Virus record (IMG/VR): IMGVR_UViG_3300024232_000016
Span: 1 to 52,259 of that record
Source of the DNA: a virus
Lineage: Duplodnaviria > Caudoviricetes
DNA length: 52,259 nucleotides
Strand: one strand, 5' to 3'
The notes under the pieces were generated by a model. It was given only the letters and a program-made list of their open reading frames with translations, searched no databases and was not told the DNA's origin. A program made the translations under genes and the position numbers. Shown here piece by piece: positions 17,464 to 25,838 of this stretch (the stretch's first letter is position 1; the number at the start of each line of letters is the position of its first letter).

Positions 17464-17658
17464 TCATACTGGTTGCCTTTCCCTGAACAGAAGAACCGCC
17501 TTGTCGGCTGCTTCAGCACACCTAACCATGATTGCGTCTATGGTGGTTTCCTCAAGAGCGTAGGTCTTGTCCAGGCACTTGACCCACGTTTCCCTGAACA
17601 CACCTACCCACAGGGATTCCTCGGTATAGTAGGTTCTTAGCCTTAGTGGTTCGCTCAT
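17464..17658 (-). CDS. Small hypothetical protein
   Basis: ATGA overlap with the polymerase stop codon. Confidence 0.5.
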   Translation of the reverse strand: MSEPLRLRTYYTEESLWVGVFRETWVKCLDKTYALEETTIDAIMVRCAEAADKAVLLFRERQPV

Positions 17659-19682
17659 GCTGCTACTGCTTCCTCTGGGTCTTCTGACTTGGCCCAGTTG
17701 TTGGGGTGGAAACTATAATCAACCCGTAGTGGTATGCCGATGTCGTCGCCAGACAGTTCCATCAACCGCTTTACCTCCATTATATGGGCTAGGTTGCTAC
17801 CACGTTTTGGGCCACAGGGCAGGTCTAGCACTAGCTCGTCGTGTACTTGCATTGTGATAAAGCCACCCGGCACGTTAGCTTCTAAGTACTCAGCCACCCG
17901 CACCATTGCCCGGCACATACACCACATAGCTGTTCCCTGTACATGGTTGTTGAGCGGTGTGGTGGGCCGAATACTTCCGTAGTCATCCCGCTTGGACTGG
18001 ATTGGGTAAGGCCCCACTTCCTTATCGGGCATGGTTAGTACGTACCCGTGTTTATACGCAAAGGCTATTTGCTTCTGGTTCAGCTTGGATATTTCCGTGA
18101 ACCGGGCTTCAATACGCTTTTGAGCTCCAGGCATGTGATAGGCTAGGTCGGCTGTACCGCTTTCAGCCATTGCCCCATAGGTAACAGCAAAGTCCCCATT
18201 CTTGGTCCATTGGTACAGGCTGGCCTTGTACTTGTCCTTAAAGGACTCACCCTTACGCAAGCACTCTTCAAACTCCTTGGGATACAGGATATGGCTGACG
18301 AGCAAGTGCTGGCTACCAAAGTAGGGCGGGTCGTGTGGCCGCTCAAATAGCTGCACCATTGTCATTTCGCTGGCTTCATAGGCAGGTATGGTCAGCTCCA
18401 GGTTGCTATAGTCCAGGCTCCACCACTCCCGCCCGGTCATAGGCCCAAACAGATACCGTAGGTTGGAGTCGCTTAGCTTGCTGATGTTCTGTTCGTTGGG
18501 GTTGCTACTGCTGAACCGTAGGGCATAGCTGCCCGTGGCGTTAAGGCTAGGGTGTAGCTTTACCCATTGGCCCCTAACAGGTATGCCGAACCGCTTGTAG
18601 CTGTTGGCGTAGTTGATGGCTGTGTTACGCCCCCGGTTTACCCGTAGGGTCTTAATGAACATCCCAGCCGCTGACTTGGGGTCCAGGGTGTTGGACCACA
18701 CTTCCAAGGCCACTTTATCCACGCTGGGGGTGTTGGTCTTGGACTTCTTTTTCTTGCGTACTACAGGCGTCAGCTTGAACTTGTTGAACACGACATGCCG
18801 TAGGGCATTGCTGGTGCCACCCCTAGGCAGCTCCTTTAGACTGCCACCGCTTAGGGCAATGCACGTCTTCTCGCTTTCTAGCTCTTCCTTGGTTAGCCTA
18901 GTAACCAGCTCTTCCCAGCGTTGGCTGCTGTAGGTAACACCCCGGGATTCCATTTCGTAGATGATCTTAATCAGCTTACGCCGCTCCAGGTACAGCTTCC
19001 AGTACCCGCGTTGCTCCAATAGCTCCTTGTGCCTAAGCCATAGGGGCAGGGTTACGCCGCTGTCCACGTTGGCGTAGTTGCTGCACACGTTCCAATACTG
19101 GTGGTTGGCTGGCAGCTTAAGAAACTTGGCCACAGCCCTAGGCAGCCAATAGTCGTTGCTCCATACGTGCTCTTCGCCTTCAATACTAGGTAGCTGGGGC
19201 AAGCCTTTGCGGGCAACTAGCCACTCTTGCTTGTGCTGCACCTTGAAGGCTTTGCTCATAACCAGCCTACGGCATTCCTTTACCGCTTCAGCCAGCTTCT
19301 CTTCATAGGGCTGTATGTTCAGACCCAAGTACCGCAGAGCCATTGTGGTCAGGTCATGTGGCTCAGCACTAGCCAAGATATGACCGCTGTACAGGGTGTC
19401 TTGCACCTTACGCCACCAGCGGTGCTTCCACTTAATGCCCACAGCCACTAGGGCTGTGATGTCGTACTTGGCATTTTGAAAAACCACTTCATCGGCTTGC
19501 TCCAGCCGGTCTGTGATTTCTAGCAGGTCCCCCTTGGGTACTATGGGCAGCCGGGTTAGCGGGTTAACGTCCCATTCCCAGTAGCTCAGGTCGTTAGCTT
19601 CATTACAGATTGTAACCAAGAACGGTCGTGAAAGGTGGTATAGGTCAACCCCGCCAGTTTCAGTATCCAAACTGATTAGCAT
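17655..19682 (-). CDS. polA: Family A DNA polymerase with 3'-5' exonuclease
   Basis: ExoI LDTETGG, ExoII QNAKYD, ExoIII YANVD, RFSSSNPNEQNI, motif A LDYSNLEL, motif B KNGDFAVTYG, VQGTA, motif C QVHDEL. Confidence 0.93.
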   Translation of the reverse strand: MLISLDTETGGVDLYHLSRPFLVTICNEANDLSYWEWDVNPLTRLPIVPKGDLLEITDRLEQADEVVFQNAKYDITALVAVGIKWKHRWWRKVQDTLYSGHILASAEPHDLTTMALRYLGLNIQPYEEKLAEAVKECRRLVMSKAFKVQHKQEWLVARKGLPQLPSIEGEEHVWSNDYWLPRAVAKFLKLPANHQYWNVCSNYANVDSGVTLPLWLRHKELLEQRGYWKLYLERRKLIKIIYEMESRGVTYSSQRWEELVTRLTKEELESEKTCIALSGGSLKELPRGGTSNALRHVVFNKFKLTPVVRKKKKSKTNTPSVDKVALEVWSNTLDPKSAAGMFIKTLRVNRGRNTAINYANSYKRFGIPVRGQWVKLHPSLNATGSYALRFSSSNPNEQNISKLSDSNLRYLFGPMTGREWWSLDYSNLELTIPAYEASEMTMVQLFERPHDPPYFGSQHLLVSHILYPKEFEECLRKGESFKDKYKASLYQWTKNGDFAVTYGAMAESGTADLAYHMPGAQKRIEARFTEISKLNQKQIAFAYKHGYVLTMPDKEVGPYPIQSKRDDYGSIRPTTPLNNHVQGTAMWCMCRAMVRVAEYLEANVPGGFITMQVHDELVLDLPCGPKRGSNLAHIMEVKRLMELSGDDIGIPLRVDYSFHPNNWAKSEDPEEAVAA

Positions 19683-19684
19683 GG

Positions 19685-20017
19685 CTATTGCTTGATTAGC
19701 TTATTGAGTTCCTTGACCAGTTCTTTGGTTATACCGTTAGCTAGGTACAGCCGATGGAGAACCACTACTTTTTCTTTCCTGGCACGCTCAGCCCGGTAGT
19801 GCTTTTCGTAGGCCAGTTCATGCTTCCGTTTGAGGGCCTGAAGCCTAGGGTGGGCCATCAGCTTTTCTTCCAGCTTATCTTCTTCATCGCGGGCTTCCAG
19901 ATAAGCCCTTCCAAGAGCTGTGTCTTCGTCACGCTGGTGGCCCAGTAATGAACGGAACAGGACTTCAATAGTCCTACGGGTTGGCTGGTCCAGTGGTTGC
20001 CTATTGGGTGTTGTCAT
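19685..20017 (-). CDS. Hypothetical helical protein
   Basis: 110 aa; GGAG SD. Confidence 0.55.
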   Translation of the reverse strand: MTTPNRQPLDQPTRRTIEVLFRSLLGHQRDEDTALGRAYLEARDEEDKLEEKLMAHPRLQALKRKHELAYEKHYRAERARKEKVVVLHRLYLANGITKELVKELNKLIKQ

Positions 20018-20029
20018 GGGTTTCTCCAG

Positions 20030-20097
20030 CTTGCTATGCGGGAGTCGAACCCGCTAAGGACAGTTCACCTAGGTTAGGTGGTACGCCATAACAGCAT
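20030..20097 (-). ncRNA. tRNA-like RNA 1 (degenerate D and anticodon arms)
   Basis: Acceptor-like TGCTGT/ATAGCA, perfect T arm GCGGG-TTCGACT-CCCGC, central hairpin CACCTA/TAGGTG. No canonical D arm or CCA. Confidence 0.5.
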
Positions 20098-20419
20098 ACG
20101 ACCCCAACCTAACCTAAGTTCTTACATGCTGTAAAACCCATTCCCATCTGGTCCATGGTACTTATAGGATTCCGCTCTAGGTTCCCCATATCACTATGGT
20201 TCGGAACTTCACATATCGTCCTTTGGTAAGTCATTGGGGCTAAGCCGTTCCCCTGTAGCAAGTCAGTAAGTTGTAAGCCTTTCTTCGGGGCACACGAGTT
20301 ACCGCAGCCCTTACACAATTCAGCTTCCCTACTTACGGAGGGGGCCATACTTGTTGAATACTGGTCCCAGCGACAAGACCCAAGTACAGCCTAGCTCCCT
20401 TGCGGGAGGGGAGTCGCAG

Positions 20420-20492
20420 CTTGCTAGGTGGGAATCGAACCCACATTTCTACTCCCATTGCTGGGCACACATTACCTTAATGTTACTAGCAA
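20420..20492 (-). ncRNA. tRNA-like RNA 2 (anticodon arm replaced by a GNRA hairpin)
   Basis: Acceptor TTGCTAG/CTAGCAA, TA linker, D arm ACAT-TAAGGTA-ATGT, CCCA-GCAA-TGGG, T arm GTGGG-TTCGATT-CCCAC; 73 nt. Confidence 0.65.
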
Positions 20493-20496
20493 GTCA

Positions 20497-20603
20497 CCAA
20501 TGATGATTGTCACTCGGGAAGGACGTTCGTAAATCCTCTAAAGGGACTTGAACCCGCGGAGGCCATTACTTAGGTCCTGGTGCTGCTTGGACAACCATAT
20601 TGG
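20497..20603 (-). ncRNA. Candidate structured RNA with T-loop apex
   Basis: Ends pair (CCAATATGGTTGTC / GACAATCATCATTGG); internal AGGAC/GTCCT and CCTC/GAGG; apex GGG-TTCAAGT-CCC. Confidence 0.45.
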
Positions 20604-20714
20604 CCTAGGTATCAAAAGGGCAGCCAGTAGGCGGGCACTTAGACGGCTGCTTGCCCTGTAGCAGTCGAATACCACGATGTTAGCCGTAACTGAGCCGAAG
20701 CATGTTATTAGCTG

Positions 20715-20759
20715 AACAAACTGGAACGTGGAGGAAAGAGCAAAACGCCCACGTTCCAG
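20715..20759 (-). terminator. Hairpin, probable terminator or processing site downstream of the SSB gene
   Basis: CTGGAACGTGG (20721-20731) / CCACGTTCCAG (20749-20759), followed by TTTGTT on the minus strand. Confidence 0.5.
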
Positions 20760-20804
20760 CCCTACTAGCTAGGCACCGGCCCTACTAGCTAGGCACCGGC
20801 CCTA
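20759..20804. repeat. 20-bp tandem duplication
   Basis: GCCCTACTAGCTAGGCACCG x2 plus a partial GCCCTA. Confidence 0.9.
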
Positions 20805-20808
20805 GACG

Positions 20809-21786
20809 CTACCGTTCCAGGTCTTCCCAACTGATGCCCTTGTACATGGTACCATCGCTGGCCTTGATGTTGCACTTGCGGGTACCCAGAAACACAGCCG
20901 TCACTTCACACTCCACGCTCTTTCGTGCCCGTGGGGGCTTGTAGTTGACCGCTTCACCCTTCTCGGGGTCTTGGCTGGCAGGCCCAGCGGCTGCCTCGGC
21001 ACTGCTACCACCAGCATTGGCTTCCTGCATCAGGGCTACTGCGGCTGCCCAGTTTTCAGCATTTTCAATCTGCTGAGCGGAAATGCCGGCAGCTTCACAG
21101 GCTTCCCGGATTTGGGTTTGGGCTGCACTCATTTCTTCGCTGTTGGGGTCGTCGGCCACAGCAGCCACAGCGTCCCAGTCCACTTCACCGCTGTTAGCCG
21201 GCTGGGCTTCACCACCCGTGTTGTCTTGCACAGCGTCCACGTGCCCGTTCTGCTTGAAGTTCTCCACCTTGCCATCCCAGTTTTCGTAGATGGGCTGGCT
21301 GCCGTCGGCTCGCTTGGTGCCAAACACAGTGCGGAAGCGGAAGTGGTGCTCTTCCTTGGAATGGGCGTTCAGGGCGTCTTCCCAGTCATCCGGGTTCAGG
21401 TGCTTGGTTTCAATGCCCAGCTTACGCATTTCGTTCAGGGCAACCGCCACCATTTCCTCTTCGGTCTTGGGGTTCTGGTTGGTGGGCGTCTTCGGCCGCT
21501 GGAACAGGTCAATCCGTTGACGGGTTTGCAAGCCCTCAATGGGAATGCCGTTGTGCTCCTTGGGGTGCTTGACCACACCCACGAGACTCATGTAGGGCTT
21601 GCCTTGGTTGGCCCCGGTCTTGTACAGGTCAATCTTGGCCCCAGTGAACTCAGCAATGCCGGCAGCAATGCCACCCGGCAAATTGGCGAAACCCATTTGG
21701 GTTTCATCGTCCTTGTGCTTGTTGAACGCCGACCCCAGCTTCTTCAGGGCAGCACTAACGGGATTAGAACCTTGCACGGCAGGCAT
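20809..21786 (-). CDS. Putative single-stranded DNA-binding protein with acidic C-terminal extension
   Basis: Directly downstream of the Sak4-like ATPase and nuclease. OB-like N-half (LPGG...GKPYMSL); acidic Ala-rich linker; small SH3-like C-terminus. Confidence 0.55.
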   Translation of the reverse strand: MPAVQGSNPVSAALKKLGSAFNKHKDDETQMGFANLPGGIAAGIAEFTGAKIDLYKTGANQGKPYMSLVGVVKHPKEHNGIPIEGLQTRQRIDLFQRPKTPTNQNPKTEEEMVAVALNEMRKLGIETKHLNPDDWEDALNAHSKEEHHFRFRTVFGTKRADGSQPIYENWDGKVENFKQNGHVDAVQDNTGGEAQPANSGEVDWDAVAAVADDPNSEEMSAAQTQIREACEAAGISAQQIENAENWAAAVALMQEANAGGSSAEAAAGPASQDPEKGEAVNYKPPRARKSVECEVTAVFLGTRKCNIKASDGTMYKGISWEDLER

Positions 21787-21836
21787 ACTAAAACTCCTAG
21801 TAAGAAACCAAAACAGCTACTAGCTACACCTATAGT

Positions 21837-22676
21837 TTACCCATTTATAAGGGCAACGATTTTTTCGTAGGCACTGTCGGCCTGTTTGAGCACAAGGCAT
21901 TCGGGCAGTCTATCACTACCACCAGCCAGCCGAAACTTGGTGGCATACACAGGACTAGGGCCAGTGCGTAGGCAGTACTGTACCTGCTCCACTTCTTTCT
22001 CAATGGTCTTGGTGCCCACTTGCTTGGTGGTTGTAACCGTGGCCATTCGCAGGTAAGCCTGAACTAGATAGTCCACGTTCGGCCCAATCCAGCCCGTAAT
22101 GCTAGGACTCATAGCCATGTTCACGTAGGGCTTGATGATGTCGCTAACGGACTGGTCGGTGTTGTACTCCCGCTCTTGGCTGATCAGCACCACGTTACAG
22201 GCCAAGCTAAGCATGTCTCGGAGCCGTTCCTTTACCCCCAAGCTGATCAGGCCCCACTGCTCTTGCGTGGCACTACCCCAAGCCAATTGGGCAGGGGCAT
22301 CGGTGCCCACTACCTTCTTGAACATCAGGTCTTGGTAGGACGTAGTGTGGTCCAACACAATGGTCTTGTACTTGCCCGTTTCCCGCTGGTGCTGCACTAG
22401 CTCAGCCAGCTCAGCTTCATCCCGTAAGTACTCACCCGTGATGTCCTTGACGTTCTTGATGGTACGGGTTTCACCAGCACCACTACACAGGGCAGCCAGA
22501 ATAGGCTTGGGAAAGCTGGACCATGCTTTGGTCTTACCCGTTCCCGACTTACCGTAGATGCAGATCTTTACCCCTTCCTCTTCAAAGTCTTGGATGGGGC
22601 GTAGCCTGTTTAGGATGCCCCCGGTTTTGGAATGCTGCTTACGGTTGTTAGCCGTTTGCTTGGTAATCACTGGCAC
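21837..22676 (-). CDS. AAA_24 / Sak4-like recombination NTPase
   Basis: Walker A IYGKSGTGKT, Walker B TIVLDHTT, VVLISQE. GTG start with GGAGG SD. Confidence 0.8.
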   Translation of the reverse strand: MPVITKQTANNRKQHSKTGGILNRLRPIQDFEEEGVKICIYGKSGTGKTKAWSSFPKPILAALCSGAGETRTIKNVKDITGEYLRDEAELAELVQHQRETGKYKTIVLDHTTSYQDLMFKKVVGTDAPAQLAWGSATQEQWGLISLGVKERLRDMLSLACNVVLISQEREYNTDQSVSDIIKPYVNMAMSPSITGWIGPNVDYLVQAYLRMATVTTTKQVGTKTIEKEVEQVQYCLRTGPSPVYATKFRLAGGSDRLPECLVLKQADSAYEKIVALING

Positions 22677-22948
22677 TGGACTTCCCTCCACTTGCTGGTT
22701 ACTTTCCACGGAACATGAATGTAGCTGCCCATACCGTTGACCAGATCTAGCCACAGCACGCCCTTGCCATCTGGTCGCAAGCTAAGGCACGCAAGGCAGT
22801 CGCACCTAGCCACCCGCATTGCATGAAACGTACCCGTCAGCCGCACTGACTTACCTTCCGGGCTAGTGGCCCTTAGTGAGTACCTAACCCCTCTAACCAA
22901 GTCATCAGGGTGGGTAATGGTCTTACGCTGTGATTGCCGCTTCGACAT
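22667..22948 (-). CDS. Hypothetical protein
   Basis: MSKRQSQR... with AGGGAG SD; fills the gap between the nuclease and the ATPase. Confidence 0.45.
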   Translation of the reverse strand: MSKRQSQRKTITHPDDLVRGVRYSLRATSPEGKSVRLTGTFHAMRVARCDCLACLSLRPDGKGVLWLDLVNGMGSYIHVPWKVTSKWREVQCQ

Positions 22949-24083
22949 CTTGTAGCTCCCTGAACATCGTATTGGTACGCACCAGCCCGCGTTTACTACC
23001 AACCAAAATATAGTCGTCCAGCGGTGTACCACGTGCTTCAGCTATTGGGTTCCACAGCCCAAACGGTAACGTGTAGTGCCTACGGTAGTGGGTAGGGAAC
23101 CTGTCCAGCCTGATCAGGTAGTTGAACGGGTTGGTGTTCGTAACAAAGCAAAAGTCCCACCATTCATAGTCATCGCACAGGTTTTCCAGCATTGGGTCAA
23201 AGCAGTAAGCCACGAACCGCTCTATGTCGGCTGGGCTTACGTCCACGTTCCACCGCATGAAGAAGAATTCAGGGTCAGCCGCAATCAAGCCCTGTAGCCG
23301 GCTGTAGAACTGCTCTTCCGTTTCAGCCCCTGCCTTGGCGTCGCCCCTGCCTTCCTTCTGTTTGATAGTGTACTTGCCCCCAGCCAGTGGGCGTCTAACC
23401 ACATTGTAGCGTACACCCCGCACTAGCTCGGCCTTGGCCTTTAGCTTCAGTTGCAGGGCAATCAGGTACAGCATGGTCTGTAGGTCAAACTTCAGGTTCC
23501 GCTGTAGCTCTTGGGGGTTGATGTCACCCTTGGACTTGTTCTCTTGCAAGTAGATGTCCCGCTTGCCAATTACGTCCACTGAATCAAACTTGCCCCGTAA
23601 GAACACCTGCCTGCCGCTGGGCAGCTTGTAGGCCTCATGGAACACTTCCTCTTGGAACATGGGCTTACGTTGCTGTACGTCGGGGTGGTTGGCCCAGTGG
23701 TTTACATATACCGGGAACTGAGCCAAGCACACCTTGTAGTACTTGTTCACTTCAACTTGCTGGTCCTGGTACTTGGCAGCCAGTTGCTGGCAGTACTTAA
23801 GCAGCACCCGTTCCCAAGGGCACCCGGCAGCGTGGGACTCTTCGCACAGGTGCCACATATTGCCGTACTCCAGCCTGTGGTTGAACCCCTCTGGGTCACG
23901 CAAGCCCTCTATGACGTTTATACGGAACCGCTCAGGGCAGAACAGATAGCCGTTCAGTAGGCTTTGGGTAACACCACCCATTGGCCCTTCATTGGTAGGC
24001 CCTTGCCACAGGGGCTTGGTGGGCTGCACGGGTGTCTTCAACTTGGTTAGGACTTGCTTGACTTTTGTTTGGACTTTAGGCAT
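22923..24083 (-). CDS. PD-(D/E)XK (Cas4/RecB-like) exonuclease
   Basis: TQSLL..Y..CP, GNMWH, LRGKFD, LQENKS, QTMLY motifs. Confidence 0.8.
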   Translation of the reverse strand: MPKVQTKVKQVLTKLKTPVQPTKPLWQGPTNEGPMGGVTQSLLNGYLFCPERFRINVIEGLRDPEGFNHRLEYGNMWHLCEESHAAGCPWERVLLKYCQQLAAKYQDQQVEVNKYYKVCLAQFPVYVNHWANHPDVQQRKPMFQEEVFHEAYKLPSGRQVFLRGKFDSVDVIGKRDIYLQENKSKGDINPQELQRNLKFDLQTMLYLIALQLKLKAKAELVRGVRYNVVRRPLAGGKYTIKQKEGRGDAKAGAETEEQFYSRLQGLIAADPEFFFMRWNVDVSPADIERFVAYCFDPMLENLCDDYEWWDFCFVTNTNPFNYLIRLDRFPTHYRRHYTLPFGLWNPIAEARGTPLDDYILVGSKRGLVRTNTMFRELQDVEAAITA

Positions 24084-24642
24084 CGTACAATTCCGTGAAG
24101 GCATCAATGAGCTGAACTATTACCCGCTGGCTGCTAAGCCCCTTGGTTTGGATCGGTTCCCGCAGAATAGCGGCTGGGTGTTTTACGTGGACCACATTAG
24201 CCTTAATTTTAGCCGCCCAATTGCCTTGGGTTGCATGTTGCCAGCTTAGGTCGCCCACACACACCACCAGCTTGGGCTTGGCCAGCTTAAACAGCTCTTC
24301 TAGCCGTGGCCTACAGGCTTCTATCTCGTTAGCCGTTGGCTCGCTGTTCTTACGGTTGGTGTTTTCATCCAGGGGTATGCAGCCCACAAGGTTGACAAAG
24401 GCTATAGCCGGAATCGTGCTGAATACAGAACAAGCTGACTCCACTTGGCTATCCAGCAGCTTGCCGGCTGGCCCTACAAACGGAACCCCTATGGAGTTTT
24501 CACTAATGCCGGGGGCTTCACCCACAAACAGGATTTCACAGGGCAGCCTACCCCGTGCCGTTACTACCTGTTTGCGGACTTTGCTTAGCCCGCACCTTTG
24601 GCAGTGGTTCCACCGGCTGCAATGCACTTGGTACGGGGTCAT
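24076..24642 (-). CDS. Uracil-DNA glycosylase family 4 (Fe-S)
   Basis: CQRCGL, FVGEAPG, PFVGPAGKLLD, NLVGCIP, PTANEIEAC, HPAAILR. Confidence 0.9.
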   Translation of the reverse strand: MTPYQVHCSRWNHCQRCGLSKVRKQVVTARGRLPCEILFVGEAPGISENSIGVPFVGPAGKLLDSQVESACSVFSTIPAIAFVNLVGCIPLDENTNRKNSEPTANEIEACRPRLEELFKLAKPKLVVCVGDLSWQHATQGNWAAKIKANVVHVKHPAAILREPIQTKGLSSQRVIVQLIDAFTELYDA

Positions 24643-25130
24643 AGGGCACCTGACGTTCTAAGCCACTCGGCAATGAGCAAGCTATCGGCTAGGTGGTCAT
24701 CAATGCTGGGTGCATCCTTGGGCCAGCGTCTATGAGCAGCCTTGCGGCTGACTGACTTGTCCCCTTTGGTTAGGCATCCCATAGCCTTCTGCCAAGTCTG
24801 TGGCGTGACTTCCACAAAGGGTATTTGATAGGCCACTAGCAGCCCACGAACAAAGCCGTAGCCCATACCAAACTTGAAAGAAGAAGCCACCCCTTGCTGG
24901 GGCATGGAATGTACTTTTTCAAGGGCTGCCTTAAAGTGACCGGGGCTACACTTGGTCCTGATGAACTCGGCTATTTCGTGTTCAGTACGGTTGGCAAACT
25001 TGAAACATCCCACGATGTTCCCGGGTACGTTCAGTATGGAGATGCCACCCCGTTGTCCAGGGTCAACTCCAATACAGCACAGGCTAGGCTTAGGCACTCT
25101 TGCGACTCCTGTTTGAAACCTTGATGGCAA
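24639..25130 (-). CDS. RuvC-like Holliday junction resolvase
   Basis: IGVDPGQRGG, ALEKV, FKFGMGYG, VTPQTWQK, ADSLLIA. Confidence 0.85.
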   Translation of the reverse strand: MPSRFQTGVARVPKPSLCCIGVDPGQRGGISILNVPGNIVGCFKFANRTEHEIAEFIRTKCSPGHFKAALEKVHSMPQQGVASSFKFGMGYGFVRGLLVAYQIPFVEVTPQTWQKAMGCLTKGDKSVSRKAAHRRWPKDAPSIDDHLADSLLIAEWLRTSGAL

Positions 25131-25329
25131 CGATGTCGTCGGCTAACTGGGCCACTTCCACCCGGCAGCCTTTACGCTTGGCCACGATGTACAGGTAAGT
25201 GATGAAGCTGTGAACCGAGCAGTCAAAGTCCTTGGGCCTACGTAACACGTGGTTGGTGCCCGGCTGCATCCACTTGGTCCAGGGGTATTTAGGTGGACCA
25301 CCCCTAGGTCGTTGTTTGGTTGGTTTCAT
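25090..25329 (-). CDS. Small basic protein, possibly DNA-binding
   Basis: GGPPKYPWTKW motif; highly basic. Confidence 0.5.
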   Translation of the reverse strand: MKPTKQRPRGGPPKYPWTKWMQPGTNHVLRRPKDFDCSVHSFITYLYIVAKRKGCRVEVAQLADDIVAIKVSNRSRKSA

Positions 25330-25347
25330 TTGATTAGTATAACCCGG

Positions 25348-25563
25348 CTAGGCTTTGCCGTTTCTTTCTGGGGAAAGTGGTATGTGGGCGTTGACCAAGT
25401 GGGACTTGAAGTACTTGCGTGGGTTGTCCTCCATGTCCATAGCTACCAATAGATGCTCGCGGCAAAGGCATTTACACTTGCGGCAGTCGCAGCAGCCATC
25501 CTGCATTTCTTGGATAGCTACGCGGATCATCTTCCGTAGCTTGGCTTGAAAGTTAGGGCTCAT
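25348..25563 (-). CDS. Small Cys-rich hypothetical protein
   Basis: AAGGAG SD before MSPNFQ; CCDCRKCKCLC. Confidence 0.45.
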   Translation of the reverse strand: MSPNFQAKLRKMIRVAIQEMQDGCCDCRKCKCLCREHLLVAMDMEDNPRKYFKSHLVNAHIPLSPERNGKA

Positions 25564-25565
25564 TT

Positions 25566-25835
25566 TCAGCTCCTTGGGGGTGTGCCCACTGGCTGTACTG
25601 GTTTGGCTTTGCCTAGGTCCATTACCTGTAGGCCCTGCCCGGCTAGTACCACCAGCCACTTACGCCCTTCAACTTCGGCTGTGTAGAACTGGATGCGTTC
25701 CAGTCCAGGCCCCCGTACTTCCAGCACTGGCTGAGTAGGTTGGGTGCTTGAGGGCTTGTTCCAGATAGCTAGGACAACAATACCGATAAACAGAATCAGG
25801 CAGAAACCGAACATTCGTTCAAATACTAGCTTCAT
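25566..25835 (-). CDS. Small membrane protein
   Basis: N-terminal TM FGFCLILFIGIVVLAIW. Confidence 0.5.
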   Translation of the reverse strand: MKLVFERMFGFCLILFIGIVVLAIWNKPSSTQPTQPVLEVRGPGLERIQFYTAEVEGRKWLVVLAGQGLQVMDLGKAKPVQPVGTPPRS

Positions 25836-25838
25836 TGA

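Noticed and set aside
20109-20348. 79-aa minus-strand ORF in the non-coding tract
   Set aside because: No clear SD or motif and it overlaps hairpin-rich sequence; not supported as a gene.
20030-20492. Calling the two elements functional tRNAs with assigned anticodons
   Set aside because: Neither has a 5-bp stem with a 7-nt U33-type anticodon loop, so they are reported as tRNA-like only.
20759-20804. Direct repeat considered as a mini-CRISPR array
   Set aside because: Two abutting 20-bp units with no spacer; a simple tandem duplication.
20971-21870. 299-aa antisense ORF over the SSB gene (likewise 7819..8535, 14999..15646, 33021..33782, 35081..35812, 5551..6147)
   Set aside because: Shadow ORFs opposite well-supported genes, with no motifs, promoter or SD seen. 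Unlike 41128..41952, the sense strand already explains the sequence.
22923-24083. Cas4-like nuclease as evidence of a CRISPR-Cas system
   Set aside because: No other cas genes or array; it sits in a standard exonuclease-Sak4-SSB recombination module.
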